Positions 38,407 to 52,536 of a DNA stretch of 64,000 nucleotides are shown piece after piece. A model generated the notes under the pieces. That model searched no databases. It was not told where the DNA came from and saw only the letters and a program-made list of their open reading frames with translations. A program made the position numbers and the translations under genes. This stretch comes from Lytechinus pictus (lineage: Eukaryota), in NCBI RefSeq assembly GCF_037042905.1, contig NC_087246.1:62496001-62560000 (forward strand), given 5' to 3'. The first letter of the stretch is position 1. Each line of letters opens with the position of its first letter.

Positions 38407-40457
38407 CATAGGCGGATCCAGGGGGCGAGCCCCCCCCCCCCCAAAAAAAAAAGGGGGGGGGGAAGGGGGAAGAAAGGGAAAAAAGAAAAGAAGGGAAAAG
38501 AGAGGAAAAAAGGAAAAGGAGGAAGACGAGTAAATAAAATAAGAAAAGGGGAAGACTTGGAAAATGAAAAAAAATCTTTCATGTCACTATATATATAAAA
38601 TTTTTGCTCGCGCTTCGCGCTCGCATTGCATATTCGATGAAAAACATTATTTGCTCAATAAATATGCTGATATAGAGCTTAAAATATCAAGTTTTGAAGT
38701 AAATATACAAAACATATTTCAGCTCGGACATCGAGCTTTCCTCATTTTGTTTGATTACAAATTAATTTTAAAAATTGCTCTGAAAATTGTCCGTTCTATT
38801 GTCTAAGTATCAACATTTACAACTCGCATTATTTGATATGTCAAGTACCTATTCTCTTCGTGGATTCCATAAAGTTATCAAATTATCCCTTTTTAGGGTT
38901 GATTGTCAAAACCTATCAGCTTGCGCTGCGCACTCGCAGTTTGATTTTTTAGTAAGGTAGGCCTATACCTCTATAGCAATTTTATAACAAACTACTTAAA
39001 ATTCCCTTTTCATGAGAGTTTATCAAACATTTCGTCTCGCGATTTGCGCTCGCATTAATTGTTAAAGATATTATATCAACACATGCATCCTATTCACAAT
39101 TACTTAATTAAAATGTCCAGTTTTCAGGCTTTAACAACAAATTTCGCGCCTTCATTAGGTTTATTACATCAGTAAATAAGATAATAACATTTTCATGAAT
39201 TCCTAATAGTTAAATTGTACCTTTTTTAGAACATCAAATCAGAATATCAAATATTCTCAGCTCGCTCTTCGCGCTCGCATAATCGATTTTCATGATCAAA
39301 AAATGTATTTAGAATGCCTAGATTCTAAGTCTAAATCTAAAACACGCGCAAGCATGTTTAGTGAGATTTGCATCACAACTAGGCCTGATCACAACAAATG
39401 TAAAACATATAATTCATTATAGTGAACAGTTTTCTATTACAAATATATTATTTTTGCCCTGACAATATAGGTTTTCAGCAAAAACTTTTGGTTCCACAGG
39501 AATTCGCTTCATTTTTTAACATTTCCAGGAACAAACAAGAACCAAGAACAGTCTAATCAGTAGCGTGCCGTGAGCCGGAGGAGACAAAGCATTGGGGGGG
39601 GGGGGCACTGAGTCTAATATAACATTGATATCCTTATACCCATGTTACACGTATAAAACCCCACTCAGACCAAGTAAGTTAGCACATTGAATATTACATG
39701 CTATGTTACATAAGCATAGGATAGACAAGCACGGGTCAGTTTGAAGTCAGTGTGAAAATTCTGAAATTGACAGCCTCCCCCTTGCTTAAATTACCCAGTC
39801 TCAGATCAGAATATCAAACATTATCTGCTCGCGCTTCGCGCTCGCATTAATGTAGGAACTAACCCATCCTTTTCATGATTTACAAAACGTGATTAAAGTG
39901 TCCTGTTTTTAGGTCTAACTCTCATTTTTCCCCTCGAGCTCATATTGCTTACACTTATCCTGTTCATGATTGCAAACAGTGCTTAGAATGTCCATTGTTT
40001 TAGGTCGGAATGCCAAAAATTTTCAGCTCGCGCTTCGCGCTCGCATTATTTGATTGTTGAAATAGGTATCGTATTCATGGCTAACTGCAAACAGTCCTTA
40101 GCAGGTCCCTTTTCAATCAGACCAGAACGTATATATATTAAAATTTTCTGCGCGCAGTAATTGTATAGTTACGGTACACTCATTTCTAGTTCAGAATCAC
40201 AATCGTTGCCCAGAATGTTCCATTTTCAGGACAAAATATATGAAATAAAAAAAAAAATAGCTCGCGCTAGTCAAATAGGGCATATGAGATTAATATATAT
40301 TTATGTTGTTTTATAAGAATATAGCTAAGTGACTGTTGGGAATACCCCCTTCAAATAAACAAACAAAAGTCAACTTTGAGCGGCCGATCGGGGGAAAATG
40401 TGGGTGAATTTTTTTTTGCCCCCCCCCCCCTATTGGCGAATGCTGGATCCGCCCCTG
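38407..40457. mobile_element. Non-autonomous DNA element with poly-G/C subtermini and internal tandem repeats
   Basis: Ends CATAGGCGGATCCAG / CTGGATCCGCCCCTG; recurring internal motif gctcgcgcttcgcgctcgcat; no clear target duplication. Confidence 0.65.
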
Positions 40458-41659
40458 CATGTCTAAGGACTACTCTTGGTCTTCTACCAGTCAGGAAGCA
40501 TTAATTTTTATCCAATTCAAAATGTTTCCATGGACACCATTGTCATGATTGTGCTTGAGCTTATACAACAACCTACATTGGGGCGCCTTAATTGTTGAGT
40601 GCCTTCCGGAAATCTAAGTACACATCTACTCCTTTAGCTCCATCATAACTTTTAGTCCGGTCATACCATCTATACCTCCATCGTCATACATTCCAATAGT
40701 TGAGTAAGTAATGACGATTTTTTTTTTCTGGAATCCATGTTGATGGCAAGATATCAAATTATTGGTGATGGCGTGATCCATCAGTTTGCCATAAATAAAG
40801 TAATACTAGTATTTGTTGGAAGATAGCCTGTCCTTATTTGAATAATATAGTGAAGGGCTATAATTACACATTTCCTTTTTCATATCCCTCTCTTTACATC
40901 ATTTTTGCTCTATTTTCTTCGAAATCAAGTTTTATAATCATAGATAAATCAATCGAACTATATAGAACAGGTGAAATATTCAGAGCTTATTTTTACATTT
41001 CAGAGCTTCAACGCTATTCTCGAATTATACATATGATGTGAGTTAAAGGAGAATAAAGCCCTTAGATCAAATTAGCTCATTTATGAAAACAGAAAAATCA
41101 AAGAATGAGATCAATGAACGTTTGCGAACAATACTTGTGTTATATATGAATTCTAACAAACTACTTAAAATCCCTCTTTATGACAATTTATCAAACACCC
41201 CACGCTCGAAGTAATTAGTTTATAGTTCCATACGCGTCTTGTTCATAATCACAAACATTTTTATTAGAATGTTCAATTTTCAAGACAAAATTCCCGAAAT
41301 TTCTATAAAATTTGGCTTGCTTCTCGCGATCGCAATATTCAATCAGGGATTATGAGATGCAATTATCTTGTTTCTAAGAATAAAGCTAAGGAGTCACTGA
41401 TCGGACTACCCCTTTGAAGAAGAAAAAAAATCAGCTTTGAGCTGCCGTTTGGGGAAAATGTGAATGAACCCCCCCCCCCCTTATTGGCGAAAGTTCGATC
41501 CACATCTGTATAATTAAATGCATGCACATATAAATATAATGTGAAATAAGTGTCCCCCCTCATTCCGAAAAGTTGGCTACGATGGCTGTGTATGGCCATT
41601 TTGAACTTTGACAAAACAATTTCAAAATGCATCAACACGCCCCTATAGCGATATTTGAT

Positions 41660-42246
41660 TTAAAGGACAAGTCCACTCCAACAAAAAGTTGATTTGAATA
41701 AAAAGAGAAAATCCAACAAACATAACATGTAAAATAAAAAAGTTATGACATTTTAAAGTTTCGCTTAATTTCACAAAATAGTTATATGCACATCCTGGTC
41801 GGTATGCAAATGAGGAGACTGATGACGTCATCCACTCGCTATATCTTTTGTATTTTATTATGTGAAATATGAAATATTCTAATTTTCTCCCCATTGTCAA
41901 GTGAAACAAAGGCTAATTCCTCCCTGAACGTGTGCAATTAGCATTGTTTAATAATATATGATTAAGTCAAGTTGGTCCCTATTGTCAAATCTGTAAAAAA
42001 TGAAATATTGTATAATTAAAACAATAAAAAACAAAAGAAATAGTGAGTGAGGGACATCATCGACTGTCTCATTTGCATGTCACTGAGTTGTGCATATCAC
42101 TGTTTTGTGATAAATAAACGAAACTTTAAAATGTCATAACTTTCTTATTTTACATCCGATTTTGATAAAATTTTCAACGTTATGCTAGTTTGATTTTTCT
42201 CTATTTATTCAAATCTTCATTTTTCTGGGATGGACTTGACCTTTAA
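41660..42246. mobile_element. Kolobok/T2-type MITE, inverted copy of 40-650
   Basis: TTAA|AGGACAAGTCCAC ... TGGACTTGACCT|TTAA; internal sequence shared with 40-650. Confidence 0.88.
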
Positions 42247-42961
42247 TAACTTCTATGATAATAATTCTGCTCTTATACTGGTGTTTGTTAATAGTAGTTT
42301 TCTCGTTGAATGTATTTATATTTTGTTTGATGTTCAGTAATCTTTCTTTTAAGTTGTAATTATTTTAAACATGTTTGGTTTGGTCCTTGTACATATTTTG
42401 TATCATTTTACATTAATCTATGTTTAAACCGGATAGATAAAATGAATAATAAATTAAACATTTGCAGAGCTAGCAATGAGAGAAAAACATGAACTAGCCT
42501 CAACAGCCTATGATCATCCCTTTGAGAGAATTCTGCGTACGTAAACGCCCCTAGTAACGATAGATCAGCCCCTCCCACAGGGGCGGTGAAAGCGGGGGGG
42601 GGGGGGGCAGGAGGCACTTGCACCTCCGAAAAAATCTCCGTAGGAACGAAATACTATTTTTTCCAAAATGGAAAATTCCCTTGTTTTTTTTCAAAATGAA
42701 ATGAGCCGTTTTTCGAAATGAAATAACAATTTTAACGTATACATTTTAGATTAGAAAATCACAATTTTGGGTGTGTTTTTTATCAGTTATTGTTTAGTAA
42801 GGTAAAAATAATAATGCTTTGCTCTACTTTACTCTTCTTTGCTCAGCCGCCTTTCTTTTTGACTCCCCATTCTCATAACAATTGAACAGCAACGGTGTTT
42901 CTCCCCCCCCCCCTTCCACCATGCTTACCCTTCCGGTTTTCCCGGCTTCGCCACCGATTAT

Positions 42962-43460
42962 TTCATTTTTCGGATTAACGAACCTTCGGAATAAAGAACC
43001 TTATTTCGTTTTCGGACTAACGAACCTTCGGAACAACGAACCTGATTTCGTTTTCGGATTAACGAACCTTATTTCGTTTTCGGATTAACGAACCTTTGGA
43101 ACAACGAACCTTATTTCGTTTTCGAATTATCGAATCTTCGGAATAAAGAACCTTATTTTGTTTTCGGATTAACGAACCTTCGGAACAACGAATCTGATTT
43201 CGTTTTCGGATTAACGAACCTTCGTAACAACGAACCTTATTTTGTTTTCGGATTAACGAACCTTTGGAACAACGAACCTTATTTTGTTTTCGAATTATCG
43301 AATCTTCGGAATAAAGAACCTTATTTCGTTTTCGGACTGACGAACCTTCGGCATAACGCCACAAATGTTCGGATTAACGAACCATTTTTCGCTTTCGGAT
43401 TAACGAACATCGAGGTATTATATAGGCAATTTACTTGTTTCGGAATTACGAAGTGTAACC
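42962..43460. repeat. 42-bp minisatellite, about 10 units
   Basis: Unit ttcgttttcggattaacgaaccttcggaacaacgaaccttat, built from two cgga..aacgaacctt subunits. Confidence 0.92.
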
Positions 43461-43599
43461 GTCTGACACTACGTATCTCAACTTCAACAAAGGTGAATTC
43501 CCTTATTATTATTAATTACTCTCATTGCGAGCTCCCAGAATCTCAATCTCTTGAGATGCTAATGCTGCAGGACAAAACTTCATACCTGCTCTCTGCCTT

Positions 43600-43870
43600 A
43601 CATCACCCATGATGCTATTGCTACTATCAGTTTGTACAAGGATCATGCATTTGGTCCTGAACAACTGATTGTTATCATGCACAAATTAGGCATATAATAA
43701 TGAAATTCACAAGGAGATAATAGCTAACAAGTACACATCCATCGACCTAACAAAACTCCTACAGCACTACTTCCTGTTCTTGAGAATCAAGCTGTGCAAC
43801 ATATCGATAATAGCATAGATCCTGGTTTGATAACCCTTGACAGAACGTTATAGGATTTCATGGAATGGGC
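43600..43870 (+). pseudogene. Decayed transposase-like fragment (Academ-like)
   Basis: Frameshifted peptides SLYKDHAFGPEQLIVIMHKLG and QHIDNSIDPGLITLD...FHGMG resemble Academ transposase motifs as I recall them. Confidence 0.4.
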
Positions 43871-44353
43871 CAGATCAAAGTCCTGAAAATGTCAGAAGAG
43901 TTTCAAGAGTTTGATCTTTGCTGAAGTTGAGACACTTAACTTCATTTACTATGATAAAAGCTGCAGCTCTAATGATTGCCTTATATTTAATTCTTCATCA
44001 TTGCCTCTGGCTATTTGAAAACGTTCTCGGATGATGCTTGACATGAGAGTTATGCCTATCCTATCCATTAAGTTGTAGTTTACAGTATTGATTGCAGCAT
44101 TTGAGGTTAGTGACCTGCTACAGAGAAATTAGTACCTTGATTTAGATTTATAAAATGCATATCTAAATGCTGCTACTTTGGAAAACTTAACCATTTCAAA
44201 TTATATCATACATGATTATTTTTACACTGTTATTTGATCTCAATTTCACCTCGAACTTGTATTTTGACATCATCATTGATCAAGGATTCAACTATTAATT
44301 TTGTGTTGATTTTCCACGCAGGCCAGTCTTTTTCCTATCAGATTCACTATGCC

Positions 44354-44711
44354 ATAATAATGATAATAATAAGAATAATCCGCATTTATATAGCGCTTTA
44401 CACATCGGAACGACGTCTCTATAAGCGCTTTATACAGATATATTATTACCCCGGTCATAGGATCCTTGCATGCCCGCATACAATGTATGCACCTTCTCCA
44501 CTCCCCGGGAGCATTCCAACAAGAGTTCCAAGACTCAATTGCTAGGCATGCTATAGGCTTTCGCACCCTACCGGGTACCCATTTAACACCTGGGTGGAGA
44601 GTGGCAAATTGTGGATTGACGCTTGCCAAAGGACGCTAAACCATAGTGGGATTCGAACACACGACCCTCTGATTACAAGGCGAGAGTCAGAACTGCTGCA
44701 CCACGACGCTC
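44354..44711 (-). mobile_element. tRNA-derived SINE, family 2, full length
   Basis: Reverse strand: gagcgtcgtggtgcagcag head, B box GTTCGAATCCC, central cacccaggtgttaaatgggtacc motif, (TTA)n tail. Confidence 0.85.
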
Positions 44712-44949
44712 AAGTTATCGACCTATTTACTTGAATTCCCTGACGTTATTGAAATAGTTGATTGACCTCTAACCCCTAAATATATTTTTCATGGCCATTA
44801 TTTATCCTTATTTCAGAATGAAATTATTAAATATCCAGGTTTTCATTACATATAGCCATCTTTCTTTCTATTATTGTAAAATTTGAATATAATGGATTAA
44901 TTTTTTTTTTTTTTTGGGGGGGGAATCATGCATGATATATAGATATTTA

Positions 44950-45440
44950 TAAACTTTTGACCTTTGACTTTGGATTCTATATGATTATTTTGTGCCTTTT
45001 TGTCTTCTTGCAAAAATAGTTTTTTTACATGAAAATCTCAGAGATACCATTATACGATATAGCCTATGTAAAAAGGTAATTGACCTTTGACCTTGAACTT
45101 TATGGATTAATATGCATTCTAGGTGATTAACTTTATCTTATTTGACCTTCCTGTAAGAATCTGTGCATTTTGACACAACGATCACCAACCTGTGCCGTTT
45201 CATCTCAGAGATATACAGTATGATGCATAATGTAGAAACAGGTCATTGACCTTTGAAAGGCTTTGACCTTGAATGTTATTGTTTAATGTGCATTCTATAG
45301 GTACTTAATTCTATTTTATTTTATGTTCTAGCTGTATAAGAACCTCTGCATTTTGACACCAAGATCATCAACCTGCACCTTTTATCTCAGAGGTATACCA
45401 TTATATCGTATGGTATATAATATTTAAAAAAATGTCATTG
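44950..45440. repeat. Degenerate tandem repeat with TGACCTTTGACCTT motif
   Basis: Motif recurs near 44958, 45081 and 45248, with shared tgcattttgacac/atctcagag blocks. Confidence 0.65.
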
Positions 45441-45599
45441 AGAGCGGGGGAGGGGCTGTATCGCTGTACCGCATTATTCCATTCCTGAAAGTATAGGTCT
45501 AGTTGTCATCATGATTTTTTTAAATCAGTTTTTATCTTCAATAATTACAAGGTATAACTAAGAAGTCAATTCGCCGCCCCCGCTCGGATAACGCAGCGT

Positions 45600-46099
45600 A
45601 TTAGTGTTAGACAAAATGGCTATTGGACCAATTGGCTATTAGACTAAATGACTATTGGACGATTTGGGAATTGTACGAAATGGTTATTAGACGATTTGTT
45701 TGTTAGACGAACTGATTATTGGACCTAATGGGTGGTGGACGAAATGATACCTAGACGAAATGGCAATTGGACGAGTTGATAAGTAGACGATTTGGATATT
45801 GGACCAACTGATATTAGCCGATATGGCTATTGGACTAAATGAACATTGGACGAACTGATTAATGGATGCGTTGGCATTAGCCTAAATGGAATTAGACTAA
45901 ATGGATGGTACTCGAAATGGTTTTTGACGAAATGGTTATATTGACGAACTGATGATTATACGAGATGGCTATATTGGACGAAATGGTGACTGGGCGAAAT
46001 AGGTGCACATGGTAGACGAAATGTTGATAGACGGAATGGCAATAGACAAAATGAAGGTTAGAGTGGACGGGATGGCAGTAAACGAATTGGCAATTTACC
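45600..46099 (+). repeat. Minisatellite arm (unit about 20 bp, t[a/g]gacgaaatgg) of a dispersed repeat element
   Basis: Many degenerate units ending GAATTGGCAATTTACC; the reverse complement of this end starts the element at 61372. Confidence 0.75.
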
Positions 46100-46573
46100 T
46101 TTTGAACATAACCCCGTATACAAAGCCATTGATGTGTAAGTGTCCCCAAAATTTTGAAATATCATCTCAATTTGCTTTCATCCATTTCTGCTCAGACCGG
46201 ATTTACGCACCTGGATGGCAGATCTTAGAATTTAATACCCGCTCAAATTAACCAGAAGCACAGACACTTTGAAAGAAGAAGAAAATGGCTTCACATACCC
46301 TATTTCGGCCTCAGGGGCGGATCTAGCTTTTTTTTTCAAGGGGGAGGGGTTGACTCTGACCAGAAAGAGCATCGCCCGCGAGCTGCTATTTTGAATCCCC
46401 TTAACAGATGTTTTCCTGACATCCACTAACGCAATGGAGGCCATAAAAGGCAGTTCATGTTAAGGAATATATTTGGGGGGGGGGGGGGGTCCAGACATAA
46501 TGATATTATCTTTAAAGCACATTATTTTTTAAACTTGGCAGCCAAAGGGGGGAGGGGTAAACCCCCTATCCGT

Positions 46574-46866
46574 GGAGCGTTGTGGCCCAGTGGATTAGTT
46601 TTCTGACTTTGAAACAGAGGGTCGTGGGTTCGAATCCCAGCCATGGCGTAATTTCCTTCAGCAAGAAATTTATCCACATTGTGCTGCACTCAATCCAAGT
46701 GAGGTGAATGGGACTGACCCGGCAGGATTAATTCCTTGAATGCACTGAGCGCTGAAAGGCAGCTCGAGCTAAAGCCGGGGTATAACAACAACGCACCTCG
46801 GAATAGAATATTTCTAGATAGATGGCGCTATATATAAATGCCTATTATCATTATTATTATTATTAT
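46574..46866 (+). mobile_element. tRNA-derived SINE, family 1
   Basis: A and B boxes (GTGGCCCAGTGG; GGTTCGAATCCC), (TTA)n tail, homologous to 5753-6043. Confidence 0.88.
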
Positions 46867-47424
46867 CCCCCGTAGATCGACCGGGAGATCGACCTGCCAC
46901 TGGGCCTAATTACATAAAAAAGTGGGGTAGAGAAACAAAGGAGAAATAATTTCTCAGAATTATATAACTTGTATATGAATTTAGAAAGCGAGAGGTTGTG
47001 TTTCGTTTGGGTTTTTTATTATTTTTTGAGCTAAAAAATATACCCCAAAACCCCACAAAAAACCTTTCTTACCTTTTACGCTTCGCATTTCCTTTCCCCC
47101 TCCTTTGTTTTTTTTTCCAGTTTAGTGACTTTTTTAGGGGGCGACTATTCGGCGACTATAATTGCCATCGCCCCCCCCCTCCCCCCGGCGAAGTTTTACG
47201 ATACATGTTCCACCATGGAGCCTGCAGTTTTGCGGTTTATGCATACTTATTTTTTGTTTCTATTATTATTATTTTTTAATCAAGAAGACTGTAAAATTGG
47301 TTTTCCTTCATGAGTAGAGGGAGACATTTCAGAATTGTGTTTGATGATTCTCTGGAGCTGGCGATCCGATATGGATGGAACGGTGCGTGTGTATGTTTTC
47401 TGCAGCTTTGTACTGTGTGTGCGT

Positions 47425-47610
47425 CTATGGCGGGCGCGGCGCGCGCACTCACTCTGATAAAATAATGGTGGTGGTGCTGTGAGAGGTCATCTTTCGCCAT
47501 CTTGCGAGAAGCCGGGAAATTCTATGACAATATTGGATGTGAAACTTAGTTGAAGAACAGTACTTCGTGTATATATATCGATAAATAAACCCTTAAGTTT
47601 GGAGGTATTT
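47425..47610 (+). promoter_or_regulatory. Probable CK2 alpha promoter and non-coding first exon
   Basis: GC-rich GCGCGGCGCGCGCA, YY1-type CGCCATCTT (47495-47503), candidate donor GAG|GTATT near 47605, acceptor at 48063. Confidence 0.5.
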
Positions 47611-47834
47611 CTCGTGAATAGCAACGGGTTACATCATTGTATTCGACTCGAAAAGTGGTAAAATGATCAGGCAGTGAAAGGCGGGGTGTGAAATAAATTT
47701 GCAGTTCTCAAAAGAGCGCACCAGGCCCATTGACTATTGCATGGATATGTGGCTGTGTGGTGCTCCAGCACGAGGCCGTAATGAGTGACAAGTTTTGTGC
47801 ACAAAGTCTGGAATAAAGAAGGGCGTGTTTCTGA

Positions 47835-48179
<345 letters not shown>

Positions 48180-51050
48180 TAAGAAATGCTTTTCACAAAA
48201 CTAAAGTTCAGTTCAAGCCAATCAAGGCATAGGCAAGGGAAAAGATTGGTTGATATTAATGAGTAATGATACTAGTAAAAGTGGTAGGCCTACTTCTGTG
48301 CGTAACTCATTATTGAATGAATTGAAAACTTTATTTCCCTTAGCATGTACAGTACGAATGATGTGCGTGGGGTGTCAAAGTTTCTGACACATCTTTGTTG
48401 AATTGGCTTTAGTCAATTTTGAAGCATTTTACTTTTAGATTTACTTTTTTTTTAATCTTTGGATTACACAAAAAAAATTAAGTAAATACTTAATCATCTT
48501 TTAATCTTCATTTTTGTTCTCTATAATATTGCCTAACATTTTTTACTAAAAATCAAAACTTTGCTTGTTAACTTCTCCAAACGGCTGTTTAAAATCGATT
48601 GTCTGGACTGGACACACCACAACTGGGTAGGCCTATGTTCCACTCATTCAATGAACAAGGTTACATGTATGATAACCTTGTTCTCTGTTAGGACTCCCTG
48701 AGCAGTGCGGGGGAAATAAGGTTGGCAATGTTTGGCTTATTTTCTCTTGTTCCTGGAATTGAATTTTTTTTTTACACTGTCAGTTTCCAGTACTACTAGT
48801 CATCATATAACTTGGATGTGAAGTAAATTGAATTCTCTTATGTTTTATAGATTAAAGTTGGACTTAGAGATTGATGAATGACAATTTTCTTGCAATTTTA
48901 CTTTCCACCAAATACCAACAGAGGGCCTCCACAAAAATGTTCAAAATTACAGTTTTGTTCGAGCGCTCTTTTGAAGAAAAAAAAAATTATCCCCAACTCC
49001 CAAGTTACATGTACTAATGAAAAATAAATCACAACTATATGGAAATATGTATTTTTGGTTACAAAAGTGATATTTCAAAGGAGTTTTTAAAACGTTTGTT
49101 GTGTACTGCATAGATCTACATGTAGATTCCCCAAAGGCAGGGTGGTTGCAGTGATTGCCTTTCAGTGGTGCATTACAAATTCAATTTACAAGAACAAATG
49201 AGATGGCATGTTAGCAGAAATGGGGTCTACGTCTAGGCCTAATCATATTTTAACATGATAGGGTTTATGTAGTCGGTGTCTCAACTTACGCATGAGACAG
49301 GCCAGCGTTCGGGGCATTTCAGTGTTGGGCCATCTCTTACATGTAGCATACGTACATAGCATTAGCACAGACATGAAAGGATTTGCTTCCAGCTCCATAA
49401 ACGTGTACATGTACTGTAGGTCTACATGTATGTTCACTTTTCATTTGAAGTGTTAAAAAAAAAAAAAACCTGAATTTGTATTGATGGAATTGGCCTACAT
49501 GTATACTCTACCATAATGAAAATCTGTATGCGTTGGGAAAACCATGCCCCCCCCCCCCCCCCCCCGGCCCCAAAGTTCAGGGCTTTATAGTGAAAGTATC
49601 CTTGCTGTTTTGTGATTGCATGCATCATGTACACTTGTCATGTCTTGCAGCATGATGATTAAAAAGTAGCCAGGAGCAGGACATCTAGCTTAATCAGCTG
49701 TCATGAAAGATGAAATGTAACAAAAGAAAATAATGTCAAAGGGGCAAAGTTCCCCTGTATTTATGATATTTTTTCAAATTCAGTGTAAATTAAAAAGAAA
49801 TGAAGGTAAACTGTTTTCAAACTTTAAAGTAAACATGTAATATTTGTTTTAATACTAAAATTCAAAAGCAATCTGCTTTTAACCAGACTGGAGCTTGCAT
49901 CAATATGTTGCATCAAGTTTGTTTTAATCGCACAAGATTTCTGCATCTGCAACAGCCGATGTCTTTGTCCAAGGGTGCATTTCATGAAGCAAGTAGACAA
50001 CTGCTACATTAAAAGCTACTGGAATACTTGCATCTGATTTGCTGAGAGCAAATTTGTTGGTAAAAACCACTATATGCTTCATGAGATACTGTGGTTCTGC
50101 CAGTTTAGAAGGGCGTGAAAATTATCTTCTAAAAAGGCTGTACTCTGACATCGGGATATATCGATCATCATTCACCATTATTACATAATGTAGTTTGAAT
50201 TGTTTCATGAACCAAGAAGAATCCATTCTTTGTGTATTATTGCCATATTAAGACTTACTATTACTAATGCATGCATGGAAGTTGAAGTTACCTTGAAGTT
50301 ACCTTGATGGCCACATCTCACTGTCTTCATGACGAGGATGTACAGATGAGAGTGGCAGGGTTAAGGAGGCTCTTACTAGAGCCCATTTAAAAATAATTGT
50401 GTCTTAAATTGCAGGAGTGTTGGTGCCTCAACTGTGGACTGTGGGAGTTTATTCCATTGATTGACATCCCTTTGGCTAAAAAAGGGTTTCCTCATATCCA
50501 GTCTAGATCGTTGCTTGGCAAATTTAAGAGTGTCCTCTTGTTCTGGCACACTTTACTCTCTGGAAATAATTGTCCGGGTCTGATTTGTCTATATTGTGTA
50601 ATGATTTGGTATGTTTAAATGAGGTCTCCCCTTTCTATCCTCCTTTCTAACGTAGTGAGGTTTAATCTGGCAAGCCTGTCTTCATAGGATAGATCATGGA
50701 TATCAGGGATCATTTTCGTAGCTCTTGCTTGGACCTTCTCCAGTATTTTTGTCCTTTGCTAGGTATGGATTCCAAGTCTGCATTGCATAGTCCAAGTGTG
50801 GACGTACCAGCGATTTGTACAGTTTCAGGATCACTTGTCTGTTTTTATATGTAAAGTTGCGCTTGATCATCCCTAGTACCATATTGCCTCTCTTGGCCGC
50901 TGCTGCACATTGAGAAGCAACTTATAGTGATTTATTGACAAGAATCTCGAGATCTTTCTCTTCGACTGTTTCTTTTAGTGCAGAGCCATTCAGTGAATAC
51001 ACATGGTGAGGGTTGTTGGATCCAAAATGCATGACACCACACTTGTCTAT

Positions 51051-52536
51051 CAGCGAAAAAAATACACGGGGGCGGCGGGCGAATTCGCCCTCGAAATGAC
51101 CCAAAATCATGCTTTCGGGGGCGACATAGATGTCGCCCCCGAAATTATTGAAAAAGCGAGGAGCACAGTTTCAAATTCCGAAGTTGGGTTTTTTTTTTCT
51201 GTACCATGTTTTTCCATACACATGGTATGAAAAAAAATAAACGCAACGGTTGGGAACGGTTGCATGTATAGGGGTCCATTATGACTACCACCATATGCAA
51301 TTTCTAATGCACCTTTCCCCTACAGATATCACAATTCTGTGATAAAATAATTTGAATTACACAGGAAATAAATCCCAGAGTCTAGTAACCTCGCATTGGT
51401 GAGTTGTCATTCGGCTTTGCTTTTCAAAACGGCCTTTTAACATCCAAAATAACTTACCTTATTTATTGATTACCGGTATTACTTAAAAATCATGGCCCGT
51501 ATTCTGAAGTTGGGTTTAACTTAAACTCGGGTTTAAAGTTGTGGTTTAAGTATGGGAAGCCAAAAGTATCAATTTTTTATTAAGTTGTATGTTTCTTATG
51601 TTTACTGTGCTCTTTCCTGATTCATCGATGGTGAAGACAATAATCTTTTTATACTTCCTAGACAATTATGAATGATTTGAGAGCCAAATGAGCTGAAGTA
51701 TGATATCTCTACTGTTTGTGATTTATGTAACAATTGGCTCTCCATACTTAAACCACAATTTTAAACCTGAGTTTAAGTTAAACCCGACTTCAGAATACGG
51801 GCCAATTTGTTTTATTTTTCTAGGGGATGAGGTAAATATCAGAGTAATCAGACAATAAATCATCAAACAAAGCTCCATCTATTTTACAAGGCCGGCGGGA
51901 GGCTCATGCACGCCCGCATTGGCGCTTGTACTAGCTAGTCAGTCTGAGCTCTGTCTCTCTGCCAGAGCTCTGGGGGACAATTCGCTCAGTAAAGGCCTCA
52001 ATGATGGTGATTTTCTGTTTCAGACAGAGTTTACATTTCTGGTATATTATTAAAAACTGCCAATAAAGTTTGATGATTTCTACTTTGTCATGTATATTTA
52101 AGTTATTAATGAGTTCATTCTCACCAAATTTAGACTCCCCCATAGAGAAATGCAATTTTCATGGAGATCTGCGTTTTCAAAGAACTTTAGGAAAAGTTAG
52201 GGTATGTGGGCCTTTTATAACATGGCCAAGTACAGGTTATTGTACTGGAATAGATGGAGTAGATATTAGATATTGAATTCATTTATATCCAAGTTCAACT
52301 CACAGTCACACCCACACAAACACACACACACCCACGATTCTAAGCATGAAAAAAATAACTTAAAAAATCATACAATATTAAACAATAAGTAATAATTCAT
52401 TAATAAGTGAACAGGTATTCCTCAAAATACAAAAAAATTATCATTTGAAAAGAGCCCCCGAAAGGTAGAAATGGAGCCCTTGAAATTTTACAAAAAATTG
52501 AAAATGGAGCACCCAAAAAAAATAATTTTTTCCCTG
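51051..52536. mobile_element. Non-autonomous hAT element with 8-bp target duplication TTGTCTAT
   Basis: CAGCGAAAAAAATA / TAATTTTTTCCCTG ends; TTGTCTAT at 51043-51050 and 52537-52544; the LINE reading frame rejoins when it is removed. Confidence 0.85.
51494..51803. mobile_element. Harbinger-like MITE nested in the hAT element
   Basis: Inverted repeat of about 60 bp ggcccgtattctgaagt...ttaagtatgg / ccatacttaa...acttcagaatacgggcc; degraded relative near 31910-32207. Confidence 0.82.

Noticed and set aside
42962-43460. CRISPR-like array, or the repetitive 101-aa ORF at 43059-43364
   Set aside because: Units are contiguous with no unique spacers, there are no cas genes and the context is eukaryotic; the ORF results from the 42-bp period
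46574-46645. tRNA gene (also at 5753 and 44640-44711)
   Set aside because: tRNA-like heads continue into a shared body and (TTA)n tail, so these are SINEs
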